Positions 17,056-27,267 of a stretch of DNA of 64,000 nt are shown here, piece after piece. The position numbers and the translations under genes are program-made. Where the stretch lies: the IMG/VR virus record IMGVR_UViG_3300011113_000675, positions 64,001 through 128,000 of that record; one strand, 5' to 3'. A model generated the notes under the pieces. It was given only the letters and a program-made list of their open reading frames with translations. It was not told the origin of the DNA and ran no database searches. Position 1 is the stretch's first letter. Each line of letters begins with the position of its first letter. The DNA comes from a virus.

Positions 17056-17706
17056 TCAGATACTTTCAACCCGATGTTTCATGATTTCACAATACTTCTC
17101 GTCGACATCATAACTAACAGAATTAAACCCCAACTCTTTGGCAACTTTACTGGTGGTTCCACTTCCACCAAAAACGTCAATGATTGTTTGGTTTGGTTCT
17201 GCAGTTGTTAAAATAATTCTTCTGATGACTTCCTCAGGTATCTGACAAGGGTGTTCGGTCTTTTCCTTACTCACATTCTTTACCTGATTGATTTCCCACC
17301 AATCATAAAGTTTTGCTCCCGTCTTTCCTTCGGCAATTCGTTGTTGAATCCTTTTATCTTTGAGATTTTTGTATGGTTGTCTAACCTTTCTAAAATCAGG
17401 CTTACATCCCCACCATGAAATTAAACGACTTTGTTTCCCTGTGTTTGAATTATACACCCAACAAACAACCTGTTCACACTTGGCCTTTATTGCTTTTGGT
17501 AACAAGTTGATTGTTTCTTCGGGGTAATGAATGATTACACAAGGGGTTGGGATTTTGGATAATAGTTCAATATAATCCTCTTCACTTAATTTGTCTTTGT
17601 ATTCGTTGTACGAATATTCTTGATTATAAGGTGGGTCTGTAATTGTTAATCCTTTTGGTATGACGCAGTTTCTGAAGTCGTCATTGATAATTGTTGTTTC
17701 CACCAT
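17056..17706 (-). CDS. N6-adenine/N4-cytosine DNA methyltransferase (beta class)
   Basis: TDPPY motif near the N-terminus, HPCQIP, DVFGGSGTT SAM motif near the C-terminus. Confidence 0.88.
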   Translation of the reverse strand: MVETTIINDDFRNCVIPKGLTITDPPYNQEYSYNEYKDKLSEEDYIELLSKIPTPCVIIHYPEETINLLPKAIKAKCEQVVCWVYNSNTGKQSRLISWWGCKPDFRKVRQPYKNLKDKRIQQRIAEGKTGAKLYDWWEINQVKNVSKEKTEHPCQIPEEVIRRIILTTAEPNQTIIDVFGGSGTTSKVAKELGFNSVSYDVDEKYCEIMKHRVESI

Positions 17707-17723
17707 AAAATTAATTAATCACC

Positions 17724-18422
17724 TTAAAATTCTTCTTCCCAAATTGTATTGGACTTGTCTATAATAGTGTTGTATGTGTGTTTTAATATAACAGTTTTTT
17801 CCTTAAAATCAAACTCAAATTCTCCTTGAGATCCTTCATTAATTTCCCAACCTCCGAAGTTTTCTTCTAATTCTTTATAACACCAATTTTCTATTTCGGT
17901 TGGTACAGGTTCACCATTATCGAAATCCGACTCGATATATCCACTATCTCCCCCTCCGTTATACTTCAAGGTCATGTAACCATCTTCAGGAATTTCCATA
18001 TCTTCAAAGACCCCTTTTTCTTCCCACTCTTCAATCATATCATCGTATTCAACTCCACTCGTGTCTCCTTCATCATTATAACTATAGATGTGAGTTAAAG
18101 ATATTTCTTTTTTTACAGAATCAATTGTAATTTCGAATCGTTGATAATCCATGTAAGCACTATCAGGCAATTCTGTTTCTAAATCTTCATCTTCAAAATA
18201 AAAGATAATTCTTTTCAGTATTGGTACAAGTCCGTCTGGAATTTCTGCAACATAATTATTGTCAAAGTGGGTTGGAAAGTCCTCATCACTGTATGAAATT
18301 TGTTCATGATCTGGTTCCATTTCGAATTGAATATCTCCATATTTCATTCCCAATGAAGCAAGATATCTCGCTACTCTCCCTAAATATTTTTTTTCTTCTG
18401 GTAATAGTATATTTTCTGCCAT
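17724..18422 (-). CDS. hypothetical protein (DUF6878-like C-terminal part)
   Basis: YNGGGDSG and GWEINEGSQG motifs; start at ATG 18422 after TATTTAT. Confidence 0.55.
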   Translation of the reverse strand: MAENILLPEEKKYLGRVARYLASLGMKYGDIQFEMEPDHEQISYSDEDFPTHFDNNYVAEIPDGLVPILKRIIFYFEDEDLETELPDSAYMDYQRFEITIDSVKKEISLTHIYSYNDEGDTSGVEYDDMIEEWEEKGVFEDMEIPEDGYMTLKYNGGGDSGYIESDFDNGEPVPTEIENWCYKELEENFGGWEINEGSQGEFEFDFKEKTVILKHTYNTIIDKSNTIWEEEF

Positions 18423-18433
18423 ACAAATAAATA

Positions 18434-18787
18434 TCAGTCTTCGAATTCTAATTTGACTGTCTTCAACATCCACTGTGGTCTTTGACTGGACGCCACATTA
18501 TTAACCCACTCTTTTGCTGACGGAATGTAATTGTTACAATCCTCTTTTACATGTTGTTCTCCAACATAACGGGTGTACACCGTTTTACCATCGGAGTTTT
18601 TGAATTCGGTCCCGAACCTTTTTTCCATTTCAAAAATTCCTTCACTATGGTGTCTGAACATTCTATGTAAGGAATCACCAAACCAAGATTTGGTCTCATC
18701 CAACCATTCGTGGAGGTGAATATAGTCTTCGGGTTTTCCACCAAATTTTTTGGCAGATGATTTAGCATGTAAGTTTGGATGTGCCAC
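18434..18787 (-). CDS. DUF6915-like His-rich protein
   Basis: HPNLHAKSSAKKFGG, HRMFRHHSEG, VGEQHVKED. Confidence 0.65.
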   Translation of the reverse strand: MAHPNLHAKSSAKKFGGKPEDYIHLHEWLDETKSWFGDSLHRMFRHHSEGIFEMEKRFGTEFKNSDGKTVYTRYVGEQHVKEDCNNYIPSAKEWVNNVASSQRPQWMLKTVKLEFED

Positions 18788-18796
18788 AATAAAACT

Positions 18797-19513
18797 TCAA
18801 TTTATTTTTTTTATGTAAATTTTAATATTGTTTCCTGCAAAATAATGGTTTCCAATCAATTCAAAATTAGTTCTGTTAGCTAAAACTTCATTATAAATGT
18901 TTGCTCCTTTTCCGAAAATAGGATATTCTATTTTTTTCCAAATTTCATTATTTGGAAAAACCCACTGTAAATTCGTATCTTTCATCCAATTATCATCGAT
19001 TAAGATAATTCCACCTTTTGGCATAAGATTTTGTATGGATTCAAATTCTTTCCAATGATGAAGTGTTGAAGGAAAAGGATTGAACAAGTCCAAGTCAAAA
19101 CTATCCAAATGAACTATGTTGGGAACAAATGGGGGTCTTTTGAGAAATTCGACGGAATCCATACAATAAGTTTTGTAATTAATCCCATGAAAATTTTCCG
19201 AAAAAATTTCCTCACTTTGTTCACATGATACACAATCAGTATCAACCGAAGCCATCCGACCTCCGTAATTATGGACTAAACTTCCTAAAAAAAATCCGAA
19301 CAAACCGTAACCTACTTTTCCACTTGTACCAGTTTCAATTAGATTTATTTCGTCAAAATCGAAATGTTGTGAAATTAAATCTTTAAAAATTTGAATCTGA
19401 TTAACTCTGTTTTGAACCAAGAAGGAATTTTCTGAGTCAGAAACATGCTTACTCATGAAATTTTTGTACTCCATTTCAGCATGATTCAGTGAAAAAATTA
19501 ATTTATCTGACAT
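18797..19513 (-). CDS. class I SAM-dependent methyltransferase-like protein
   Basis: LIETGT, SVD, DSVEFL, HLDSFD and GGIILIDD motifs. Confidence 0.65.
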   Translation of the reverse strand: MSDKLIFSLNHAEMEYKNFMSKHVSDSENSFLVQNRVNQIQIFKDLISQHFDFDEINLIETGTSGKVGYGLFGFFLGSLVHNYGGRMASVDTDCVSCEQSEEIFSENFHGINYKTYCMDSVEFLKRPPFVPNIVHLDSFDLDLFNPFPSTLHHWKEFESIQNLMPKGGIILIDDNWMKDTNLQWVFPNNEIWKKIEYPIFGKGANIYNEVLANRTNFELIGNHYFAGNNIKIYIKKIN

Positions 19514-19532
19514 ATTAGTTTTTACAATTATG

Positions 19533-19617
19533 CAGAGGAGGACGGATTCGAACCCCCGTTACCTTTCAGTAAAATAGTTTTCAAGACTACCGCCATAAAC
19601 CACTCGGCCACTCCTCT
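19533..19617 (-). tRNA. tRNA-Ser(TGA)
   Basis: AGAGGAG/CTCCTCT, G73, GTAGT-CTTGAAA-ACTAT, variable arm. Confidence 0.88.
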
Positions 19618-20110
19618 ATTTTATTACTTTGTACCCAAAATTATGTAAAACATCTTTACATAATTCTATAAATTCTTCAACACTTAAATTACCTTTAGCA
19701 AAATTTGCTTCGGGTGTTGCAACACCCAAGTTTTCAAAAGTAGATTCACCACCCTTGGATACAGGAACAATATGGTCAAATTGATATTTAGTCACATCCG
19801 ACGTATCAATTTCCCTACCCGATAAATAACATTTCGTTACTGAGTCCAAATACTCTTGGATTTTGACTCTATCGAAATATTTCGAATTATACGTTATGTT
19901 TTCACCTTTATATCTATCGATAAAGTGCTCCTGTTTTTTTAACCAAGGATGTAGATTTCTTTGTTTTACCACTCTCTGATACGCTTTTTCTTTTTGTCCT
20001 AATCCACAATGGTATGATATTGTAGAACGAGAACATCCAAGTTCTTTTTCTATTTGTTTGTAACTTTTTCCCTCTTCCCTAAGATTTAGTATCTGTTTTT
20101 TTAATTCCAT
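19616..20110 (-). CDS. HTH plus HNH endonuclease
   Basis: N-terminal HTH ([21 protein letters not shown]); [14 protein letters not shown]. Confidence 0.85.
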   Translation of the reverse strand: MELKKQILNLREEGKSYKQIEKELGCSRSTISYHCGLGQKEKAYQRVVKQRNLHPWLKKQEHFIDRYKGENITYNSKYFDRVKIQEYLDSVTKCYLSGREIDTSDVTKYQFDHIVPVSKGGESTFENLGVATPEANFAKGNLSVEEFIELCKDVLHNFGYKVIK

Positions 20111-20236
20111 ACATATAAATATAAGGTTCGAAACAAAAAGATACGAACTTAAACACAAATAATAGGAATGAGTATTTGCAACTGCCCATTCCCTTCAAAA
20201 GACCTACCCTGGTACGTTCTAGCGTGGTAAGTAATT

Positions 20237-20311
20237 TGGAGCTCCCACTCGGAATCGAACCAAGTTATCATGATTACAAGTCATGCGCATCGCCAGCAAT
20301 GCTTTAGGAGC
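20237..20311 (-). tRNA. tRNA-Thr(TGT)
   Basis: CATGA-CTTGTAA-TCATG; encoded CCA. Confidence 0.9.
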
Positions 20312-20319
20312 TTTTTCTA

Positions 20320-21048
20320 TTATTGGTTTCTTAATCCTCTGATGTAAACATCATTTCTCGAATTTAGATTCAACACCATACCACGATCAGTTGTTGTGTA
20401 TATCCTGTATTGTCCAGCGGGAATACGATTACCAGTATAATTAATCACTACTTCTGACAAAACATTATCAGTTTTAATATCTTTTGGAGATCCAGTCCCT
20501 TCAACAATACGTATCCAAGTTTGTCTTTTTGTATCGTTGTTCATAGCATTAATTGGTATTAGAACTACGATATAAGAAAAACTATCATTAACAGTATTTT
20601 TTGCAATTTTTACTGTTTTGAAATTAAATGCTTGGACAGGATTACCAAATGTGTCAATTCCTCCACTTGTTTGGGGAACATCAACTTGCATAATTTGTGG
20701 TAATCTACCATCAATCCAGTGAGGCATATTAATATAATTTGAAAAATTTGGAAAATTGGATTTCATGTTCTCTCCAAGACCAACCCCATGAAACCCAACG
20801 AAGGGTAATCTTCCGGTGAATGGTACAGTCATCAAATAGTTCCTAATCATCGTATGTTTCGATCTTGGTTCAACGAAAATATACGCTCTCAACGATGTTT
20901 GTGTACCACCAACACTCGATGTTGACATAGTTGCATGTTCCATGTTAACAACTGGATTGATTTCACTACCAAGAATATCTTCTTTCGAACAAGATGTTAG
21001 AAATACTAAAAATGTGAGGAGAGACAGTAATAAGTGTTTAATTTTCAT
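20320..21048 (-). CDS. lipoprotein of unknown function
   Basis: Lipobox LTSC followed by SKED (Bacteroidota export-signal-like). Confidence 0.7.
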   Translation of the reverse strand: MKIKHLLLSLLTFLVFLTSCSKEDILGSEINPVVNMEHATMSTSSVGGTQTSLRAYIFVEPRSKHTMIRNYLMTVPFTGRLPFVGFHGVGLGENMKSNFPNFSNYINMPHWIDGRLPQIMQVDVPQTSGGIDTFGNPVQAFNFKTVKIAKNTVNDSFSYIVVLIPINAMNNDTKRQTWIRIVEGTGSPKDIKTDNVLSEVVINYTGNRIPAGQYRIYTTTDRGMVLNLNSRNDVYIRGLRNQ

Positions 21049-21087
21049 GATTGTTTTGTTTTATTGTGTTTTTATCGAGTTTCAAAG

Positions 21088-21161
21088 TGGGCCTGGTAGG
21101 AATCGAACCTACTACCTTCACATTATGAGTGTGCCGCTCTAACCTAGTGAGCTACAGGCCC
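21088..21161 (-). tRNA. tRNA-Ile2/Met(CAT)
   Basis: GGGCCTG/CAGGCCC, loop CT-CAT-AA; body resembles Ile2. Confidence 0.85.
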
Positions 21162-21284
21162 GATTAATGTAAATACTAATTACGTTTGTTCTTTAATCAA
21201 CATGACAAAGGTAATAAAATTTTTAATTTACAACAACTTTCGTTTCTAAAAAAAATAAATTACTTTTGTCGAAATATTTGATAA

Positions 21285-21770
21285 ATGAGTACAGTATTAG
21301 TTTTGAACTCTGATTACACTCCTTTGAATGTAACAAGTGTACAGAGAGGATTTGTTTTGGTCACCAAAGGAAAGGCGGAAGTGTTAAGGTCGGATGAGAA
21401 TCCAATTGTAACAGGTTACAAGACGTTTATACGACCCGTTATCATACGCCTATTGAAATATATCAGACATAGAACAAGGCTCAATAAACCGAATCGTAGT
21501 CGTATCTATAAAAGGGACGGATATGAGTGTGTTTATTGTGGGTCAAAAAAGAATCTAACATTAGACCACGTAATACCCAAATCAAGAGGAGGTTCCAATG
21601 AATGGACAAACTTAGTTACTTGTTGCTCAAAGTGTAATAGAGATAAGGACAACAAAACTCCTGAGGAAGCTAAAATGCTAATGAAAAAACCAGCATACGA
21701 ACCACCAATAATGTATGATAATGTGGTATTATTAAATGTCTGGACAGATTTTCAGAAATCTTTTGTATAA
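21285..21770 (+). CDS. HNH endonuclease (McrA/HNH_5-like)
   Basis: RDGYECVYCG, TLDHVIPKSRGG, NLVTCCSKCN. Confidence 0.9.
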   Translation: MSTVLVLNSDYTPLNVTSVQRGFVLVTKGKAEVLRSDENPIVTGYKTFIRPVIIRLLKYIRHRTRLNKPNRSRIYKRDGYECVYCGSKKNLTLDHVIPKSRGGSNEWTNLVTCCSKCNRDKDNKTPEEAKMLMKKPAYEPPIMYDNVVLLNVWTDFQKSFV

Positions 21771-21791
21771 AATAAAAATTGTATTAACTTT

Positions 21792-22490
21792 GTGGAAAAT
21801 AAATTAGATATGAACATCGGACAAGAATTTCAAAACTATTACGTAAAACATTTGGGTAAGGGGTCCTTGGACCTTCACAATTTCTCAAGTCAAATTCAAT
21901 CATCAATGACTCCTTATATTCTTGAAGAACGAGAAATGAGAGCAACTCAAATCGATATCTTCTCAAGATTGATGAGAGACAGAATTATTTGGGTGGCTGG
22001 TCCTGTGGATGATAGAATGTCCACTATTGTACAAGCACAGTTAATGTTTATGGACAATGTTGATAAGACGGACATTACAATGCACATTGATAGTCCAGGT
22101 GGAAGTGTGAAGTCAGGATTGTCTATGGTTGATGTAATGAACTACATTGCTTGTGATATCAGAACTGTAAACACGGGTATGGCGGCATCTATGGGTTCCG
22201 TATTGTTGGGGGCAGGAACCAAAGGAAAGAGAAGTTCATTAAGATTTTCGAGAACGATGTTACACCAATCTTCTGGAGGATTCGGAGGAAATATTCAGGA
22301 TGCTGAAATCAGTATGAAAGAATGGCATAAATTGAATGACATTCTATTTAATCTTCTTGGTGAGTACTGTGGAAAAGACCCTGAACAAGTTAAGTTAGAC
22401 GCTACCCGAGATTTGTGGTTAGATAGTGAACAAGCTCTCGAATATGGAATTATTGACGAGATTGTTAAAACGAAAAAGAGGGGTAAATAA
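21792..22490 (+). CDS. clpP: ATP-dependent Clp protease proteolytic subunit
   Basis: DIFSRL, DSPGG, AASMG (Ser), MLHQ (His), RDLW (Asp). Confidence 0.95.
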   Translation: MENKLDMNIGQEFQNYYVKHLGKGSLDLHNFSSQIQSSMTPYILEEREMRATQIDIFSRLMRDRIIWVAGPVDDRMSTIVQAQLMFMDNVDKTDITMHIDSPGGSVKSGLSMVDVMNYIACDIRTVNTGMAASMGSVLLGAGTKGKRSSLRFSRTMLHQSSGGFGGNIQDAEISMKEWHKLNDILFNLLGEYCGKDPEQVKLDATRDLWLDSEQALEYGIIDEIVKTKKRGK

Positions 22491-22571
22491 CCCCTCTTTT
22501 TTTTTAGACTTAGAACACCCCCTTTTCTTTTTGTTCGTCAGTTTATCACAAAATAATTTTACTTATTTTGG

Positions 22572-23240
22572 CTACGGTGTGAATAATCCTCCATCCACAT
22601 CAGGTTTCAATTTGTCATAAACTTTAGACGCCTTTTCACTCATTTTACTAAATAAATCACATACTATATCACTAATTTTTCTTTCCACATTTTCCACAAA
22701 CGTTTGGTCTTTGACTGCATCCGCTAAAGCACTATTCAAGAATTTTGATTCAATCGTATTGGGCCCACTTTGTCCCATAATTCTTTCATGTACCGCCTTG
22801 GATAAAGATTCTGCAACTAACTTGGATAACTCATCACAACTTCTCAATGATTGAGCAAACTTCGTTGGATCTGAAGACAATGAGGACTTTAAAGATTCTT
22901 TGAAATAATCCGCTAATTCCAATGATTTCATCAGCGAATCGACCAACGGTCCAATGATTGTTTGAAAAACTCCTGTCATCCCGTCTCCGAAAATTTTACC
23001 TATAAAGTCTTTCAATTGTTCGTTCAATAAATTTATTTCTTCTAAGTAATTTATTTCGTAAACAAGTTTGTAGGCGATTTTTTCTTGTTTCGATTTTGTC
23101 AAATAACCGAAATTTTTGATATTATATTCAGATTCAAAAATCATAAGAATCCTATTCTTCACCAAACTTTGTTCGATCAAGAGTTTTTCTTTTCTTTCTT
23201 TTGTTTCTAAGATTGCTTTTTTTATTTTTATTTCTAACAT
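22572..23240 (-). CDS. hypothetical protein (ILE/LIE/LNE leader type)
   Basis: IKKAILE...LLIEQ...LLNEQ. Confidence 0.7.
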   Translation of the reverse strand: MLEIKIKKAILETKERKEKLLIEQSLVKNRILMIFESEYNIKNFGYLTKSKQEKIAYKLVYEINYLEEINLLNEQLKDFIGKIFGDGMTGVFQTIIGPLVDSLMKSLELADYFKESLKSSLSSDPTKFAQSLRSCDELSKLVAESLSKAVHERIMGQSGPNTIESKFLNSALADAVKDQTFVENVERKISDIVCDLFSKMSEKASKVYDKLKPDVDGGLFTP

Positions 23241-23248
23241 GAGTGTAA

Positions 23249-24517
23249 TTACTTAATTCTCCATATTGAATCCGGTCCTTGTGTTAATGGTCCTCCCGCC
23301 ACACGACCTGATAAAACATCTAACATATTATCAATATTTCGACCACCTCTTCCTAATACACCAAATTTTCCATAGTGCTGGTCTTTACAAGCCTGAACAA
23401 TTCTTCTTGCTTGTGCAATTGTTGTAGGGTCAACGACGATACTATTCTTTTGTTGGAATGATGTGTAAAAATCTCTGATATTTTTTCTACAAACTGATTT
23501 ATCAATCGATTGGTTATCTAAAATATCACTTAAAATACTATCTCGTCTTCTAAGTGTGGATTGTTGATTAGGATCGGAGTATCCTGCCGCTGGCCCAATT
23601 TGCGTTGGTTCTGTAACAGGTTCATCTGTTTGTGTTTGTTGGGTGACAGGTTGGGCTTCTTGTGCCGCAGGTTGTGTTTCTTTTTGGTTGAGTATCTGTG
23701 AAAAGAATTCTTCGGAATTTCTACTCTCGAAATTTAGCTCCCCAATACTACTTTTCATTGTAAAGTTTGAATCTCCATCACAACTCCATTCACCGTTGTC
23801 AGTGAAAACTCCATTTGTGAACTGTTTCCAAGTTTTCTTCCCATCTGCCCAACTGTTAAATCTCCAAATCAGGTTTGTTATTTTAAATATTACTTCAAAT
23901 TCATTTTTACCCTCTATGGTATTTTGTAAGTGGCTAAAGCTCGAATAAAGATACTTGTTCGCTCGAAAAAAAGTTTGAATACATGAGAATATGTCATCAG
24001 GTTGAGTTTGTTGTGTGACAGGCTGTGTTCCTTTTGAGATTTGTCCAAATTCCTTTGGTGCTAAACGTAACTGCGAATCCGAAGTTTTTACTTTACTTTG
24101 AACTGGATTAGCCGCAACCCTCATTTTTTCATCTGATTTTTTGAGTAATGCTTTGATGGTCTCAGGTCCAACTATACCATCCTTCTTCAATGGTTCCCCC
24201 TCATCATTTTTATTTTCTGATTGAAATTTTTCAACTTGTGCTTTAGTTAAACTACCAAAATCATCATCAACCTCACCTGATTTACTAATATTTGTATATC
24301 CCGCAGAAATCAACAACTCCTGTATTTTACCCACAATTGGACCTTTCATTCCAGATTTAACAACAGATTTACCATTTTTTATATCATCAATTGTCAAGTC
24401 TGTCGTTTGTTCCAAAACTAAAGTCTTATTTTCAGTCAAGGTTTTAGACAAATCATACTTCATCATCAACTTTACTCTCTCTAATGCTTCTTGGGGGTTA
24501 TATTTCGCCTTAACCAT
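23249..24517 (-). CDS. peptidoglycan-binding-domain protein with a GEWxCDGDSNF module
   Basis: PG_binding_1-like GPIVGKIQELL..DDDFGSLT..FQ..DGIVGPET; module shared with 51659..52360. Confidence 0.7.
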   Translation of the reverse strand: MVKAKYNPQEALERVKLMMKYDLSKTLTENKTLVLEQTTDLTIDDIKNGKSVVKSGMKGPIVGKIQELLISAGYTNISKSGEVDDDFGSLTKAQVEKFQSENKNDEGEPLKKDGIVGPETIKALLKKSDEKMRVAANPVQSKVKTSDSQLRLAPKEFGQISKGTQPVTQQTQPDDIFSCIQTFFRANKYLYSSFSHLQNTIEGKNEFEVIFKITNLIWRFNSWADGKKTWKQFTNGVFTDNGEWSCDGDSNFTMKSSIGELNFESRNSEEFFSQILNQKETQPAAQEAQPVTQQTQTDEPVTEPTQIGPAAGYSDPNQQSTLRRRDSILSDILDNQSIDKSVCRKNIRDFYTSFQQKNSIVVDPTTIAQARRIVQACKDQHYGKFGVLGRGGRNIDNMLDVLSGRVAGGPLTQGPDSIWRIK

Positions 24518-24549
24518 ATTTACTAATTTATATTATAAATACACGTAAT

Positions 24550-24795
24550 TTACCAAATTTGATTTGCGGCTCCTCTTGTAAGACCTGTTTCCCATTTTTC
24601 GCCAGATGCACCTAATCTATTCGCTTTACCTCTTGTAATTGTATATGAGTCAGACCATTTTGGGACTTTTCCTCCACCACCTCCTGAAGATGCCGGAGCA
24701 GCCCCAGCATCATCTTGTTCACCCATTTCATCTTTAGTTCCCATTTGAGAATACTTAGAAAAAAAATCTATAAGGAAGTCAACGTCTAAAATCAT
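24550..24795 (-). CDS. hypothetical protein with two TRGxAN repeats
   Basis: W..Y.ITRGKAN and WETGLTRGAAN. Confidence 0.65.
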   Translation of the reverse strand: MILDVDFLIDFFSKYSQMGTKDEMGEQDDAGAAPASSGGGGGKVPKWSDSYTITRGKANRLGASGEKWETGLTRGAANQIW

Positions 24796-24843
24796 ACTAA
24801 TAAATATTTGTTTAATTAGAAATTTTTTTTTACTCTTTGAAAG

Positions 24844-25374
24844 ATGAAAAAGATTATACCTCTAATTCTTTTATTTTTAACCTCTTGTCAATTCTACGTC
24901 ACCGAAATTAAGGATGTTACGTTGAGTGGAAAGTATGTTGTTTCCAAATTGGAAATTACAAATGTTGACCAAAATCAAACTAAAGACCAAATTTACTTAG
25001 TGGGAGACACGTACGTAAATCAAAATCTCCCCCATCCATTCAATAACATCAAGATTAACAATTTTTACATACACTTTGACTATTCTACAGTCAAAATGGA
25101 TTTCCTCGGGTCAACAAAGTCAGGTGAAGATATTTGGAGATATGGTGTCAATCCTGATGAAATTTTTTATAACATATTTGGAACGACTCCATTCCACTCT
25201 GGGTACCTTCAATACGACTACACATCAAAAGATGGAAGCCACGTTTTGTTAACATTTATGATCGAAGATGACGGTTTTGAAACACTTCAACTAAAATCCT
25301 CAGGAGCTTGGTTTGGTGGTAAATTTGGTCAAAAACAAGTTATGACAATTCAATTAACTCGAGTTGGTCCTTAA
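24844..25374 (+). CDS. lipoprotein of unknown function
   Basis: Lipobox LTSC. Confidence 0.7.
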   Translation: MKKIIPLILLFLTSCQFYVTEIKDVTLSGKYVVSKLEITNVDQNQTKDQIYLVGDTYVNQNLPHPFNNIKINNFYIHFDYSTVKMDFLGSTKSGEDIWRYGVNPDEIFYNIFGTTPFHSGYLQYDYTSKDGSHVLLTFMIEDDGFETLQLKSSGAWFGGKFGQKQVMTIQLTRVGP

Positions 25375-25673
25375 TAGAATTCAGGTTGTGGGATTGAATC
25401 GGGATTAACGATATAATATTCATTCAGAAAGGACATCAACTCCTCTTCATCCAACTCTACTTTTTCTTCATCATCATAAGAATCCTCTTCAATTTCATCA
25501 TCGAAAAAATCAAAAGATTCCGTGATTAAATCGAAACCATAACTCTCGACAATGTTGTAATCGATAACGTCGATTCTAACGACATCTTCTTCGTCTTCAA
25601 TAGTTCTGAACGAAACTTCCAAAAGGTTTTTCTCACCGTTAAAGTAGTAAGAGACGATTTCTTTTATTTCCAT
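25371..25673 (-). CDS. acidic hypothetical protein
   Basis: ORF; ATG at 25673. Confidence 0.65.
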   Translation of the reverse strand: MEIKEIVSYYFNGEKNLLEVSFRTIEDEEDVVRIDVIDYNIVESYGFDLITESFDFFDDEIEEDSYDDEEKVELDEEELMSFLNEYYIVNPDSIPQPEFY

Positions 25674-25812
25674 ATGACAACAATTTATTAACAAATATTA
25701 GAAAATATATGAAAAGTCATATATTTGTTGGAATTAAATAAAAAACCCCATATTTCTATGGGGTTGAAACTCATCTGAGTCGGTCCTACGAGACTATCGT
25801 AGGAGGGGTAAT

Positions 25813-27267
25813 TTATTTTATCACTTTCATTCTATTCATCATTTCCACAATTTTGTTTTTTTGATTGTGGAAGGATTCTTGTAAATCTTCATCCATTTCA
25901 AATTCTTCCTCTTCTTCAACTTCCTCTTCATTGTAACTTGACCTTTGATATGGTCCTGCACTACCAGGTCCTTTGGAATCAAAGTCATATGGAGGGTCCA
26001 TTTCACCATAAATTCCTTGAGAACCTGATACATCAACTTCATCTATTTCATCGGCAAATGCTGATTCCATGAACATAAAGTCCTCTTCTTCTTCCTCTTC
26101 TTGTCCTCCGCATTCTTCGTAATAACCAGTAATTAAATCTTCTCCGAACCAATCTTTACAGATGTCATGTAATTCATCAAACATCTCATCACCTTCAGGA
26201 TTTTGTCCCGTTTCTGCAAAGAAATTATCGATTGCCGAAGAAATTATATTGTCAGCATATTCAAATTCATCACTGAAATCATTACACATATCCCATTGAG
26301 TTTTTTCAAATTCAATGAAAGTCAACAAGTTGTCATAAGTTATCCCTCTTCTTCTGAATCTAATCATGTTCTCAGGTGCTTGCTCTTCCATTTCTCCCTC
26401 GGTTGGATATACTTCATCAGGACCGTCACTTATAAAGTCATATGCTGGTTTGATGTTACTAATATCCATGTCGGGAGCATTACCACCTCCTGTATAACCT
26501 TGTTCATCGATAGTTTCCATCCCCTTCAACAAATCTTTGTCGATAAGACCAACTTTTATTAAACGGTTCAATAAAGTTTTTCTAGGAAGTTTTCTCAAAT
26601 ATCTAATTACAATCGGCGGGATATCTTCCCCATATTGACCGAATAAATTATTCAAGATTTCATTTTCTTTTGGAGATGGGATAAATGAAGCTCTCGATCT
26701 TGATGCTTTCATCCCTCTCGGACCTTTCTCATAAGGCATATCATCCATGAATTGTTCGTCCATTTCTTCACCAGCTTGTAAGTCCTCGAATCCATCATCT
26801 TCATTGTCAGGATCTTCGTATTCACCTTCTGATTTTATTTTTTTCATGTGGTGCATTTTTTCAAAAGTATCTACACTATTAGATGGTCCTTCGATGTAAT
26901 CAAATCCTGCAGATGGGTTCAAATCTTCTTCATCATAGATATCATCTAATTTGCCAACACCTTCTTCCATTTCTCTGCCACCACATTGTTCACATATACC
27001 TTCAGCCATTCGACCTCCGCATTGTTCACACATTTCTTTTTCTTCAACTTGTTCGTTGATTCCCATATTTGTATATTTCTTAACCTCACCTTTGTTGTTA
27101 ACAACCATTCCGTCTTTGTCACCAGCGAAATCGTAGGTATATAAAGGTTGAGTGTTTGAAACCTGTGGTTGCATGGTTTGGTATCCATTATACAAACTCT
27201 TGTGTTGGTCCAAAATATTTTGTTTCTCTGTTGCAGATAATTGACCTAATCCAAAGTATCCTCTCAT
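25813..27267 (-). CDS. acidic modular protein (candidate virion-internal or scaffold-like)
   Basis: CEQCGG x2, (Y/F)D(F/Y)xxxGP x3, many xxEQ/xEE junctions; one domain shared with 55713..58166. Confidence 0.65.
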   Translation of the reverse strand: MRGYFGLGQLSATEKQNILDQHKSLYNGYQTMQPQVSNTQPLYTYDFAGDKDGMVVNNKGEVKKYTNMGINEQVEEKEMCEQCGGRMAEGICEQCGGREMEEGVGKLDDIYDEEDLNPSAGFDYIEGPSNSVDTFEKMHHMKKIKSEGEYEDPDNEDDGFEDLQAGEEMDEQFMDDMPYEKGPRGMKASRSRASFIPSPKENEILNNLFGQYGEDIPPIVIRYLRKLPRKTLLNRLIKVGLIDKDLLKGMETIDEQGYTGGGNAPDMDISNIKPAYDFISDGPDEVYPTEGEMEEQAPENMIRFRRRGITYDNLLTFIEFEKTQWDMCNDFSDEFEYADNIISSAIDNFFAETGQNPEGDEMFDELHDICKDWFGEDLITGYYEECGGQEEEEEEDFMFMESAFADEIDEVDVSGSQGIYGEMDPPYDFDSKGPGSAGPYQRSSYNEEEVEEEEEFEMDEDLQESFHNQKNKIVEMMNRMKVIK

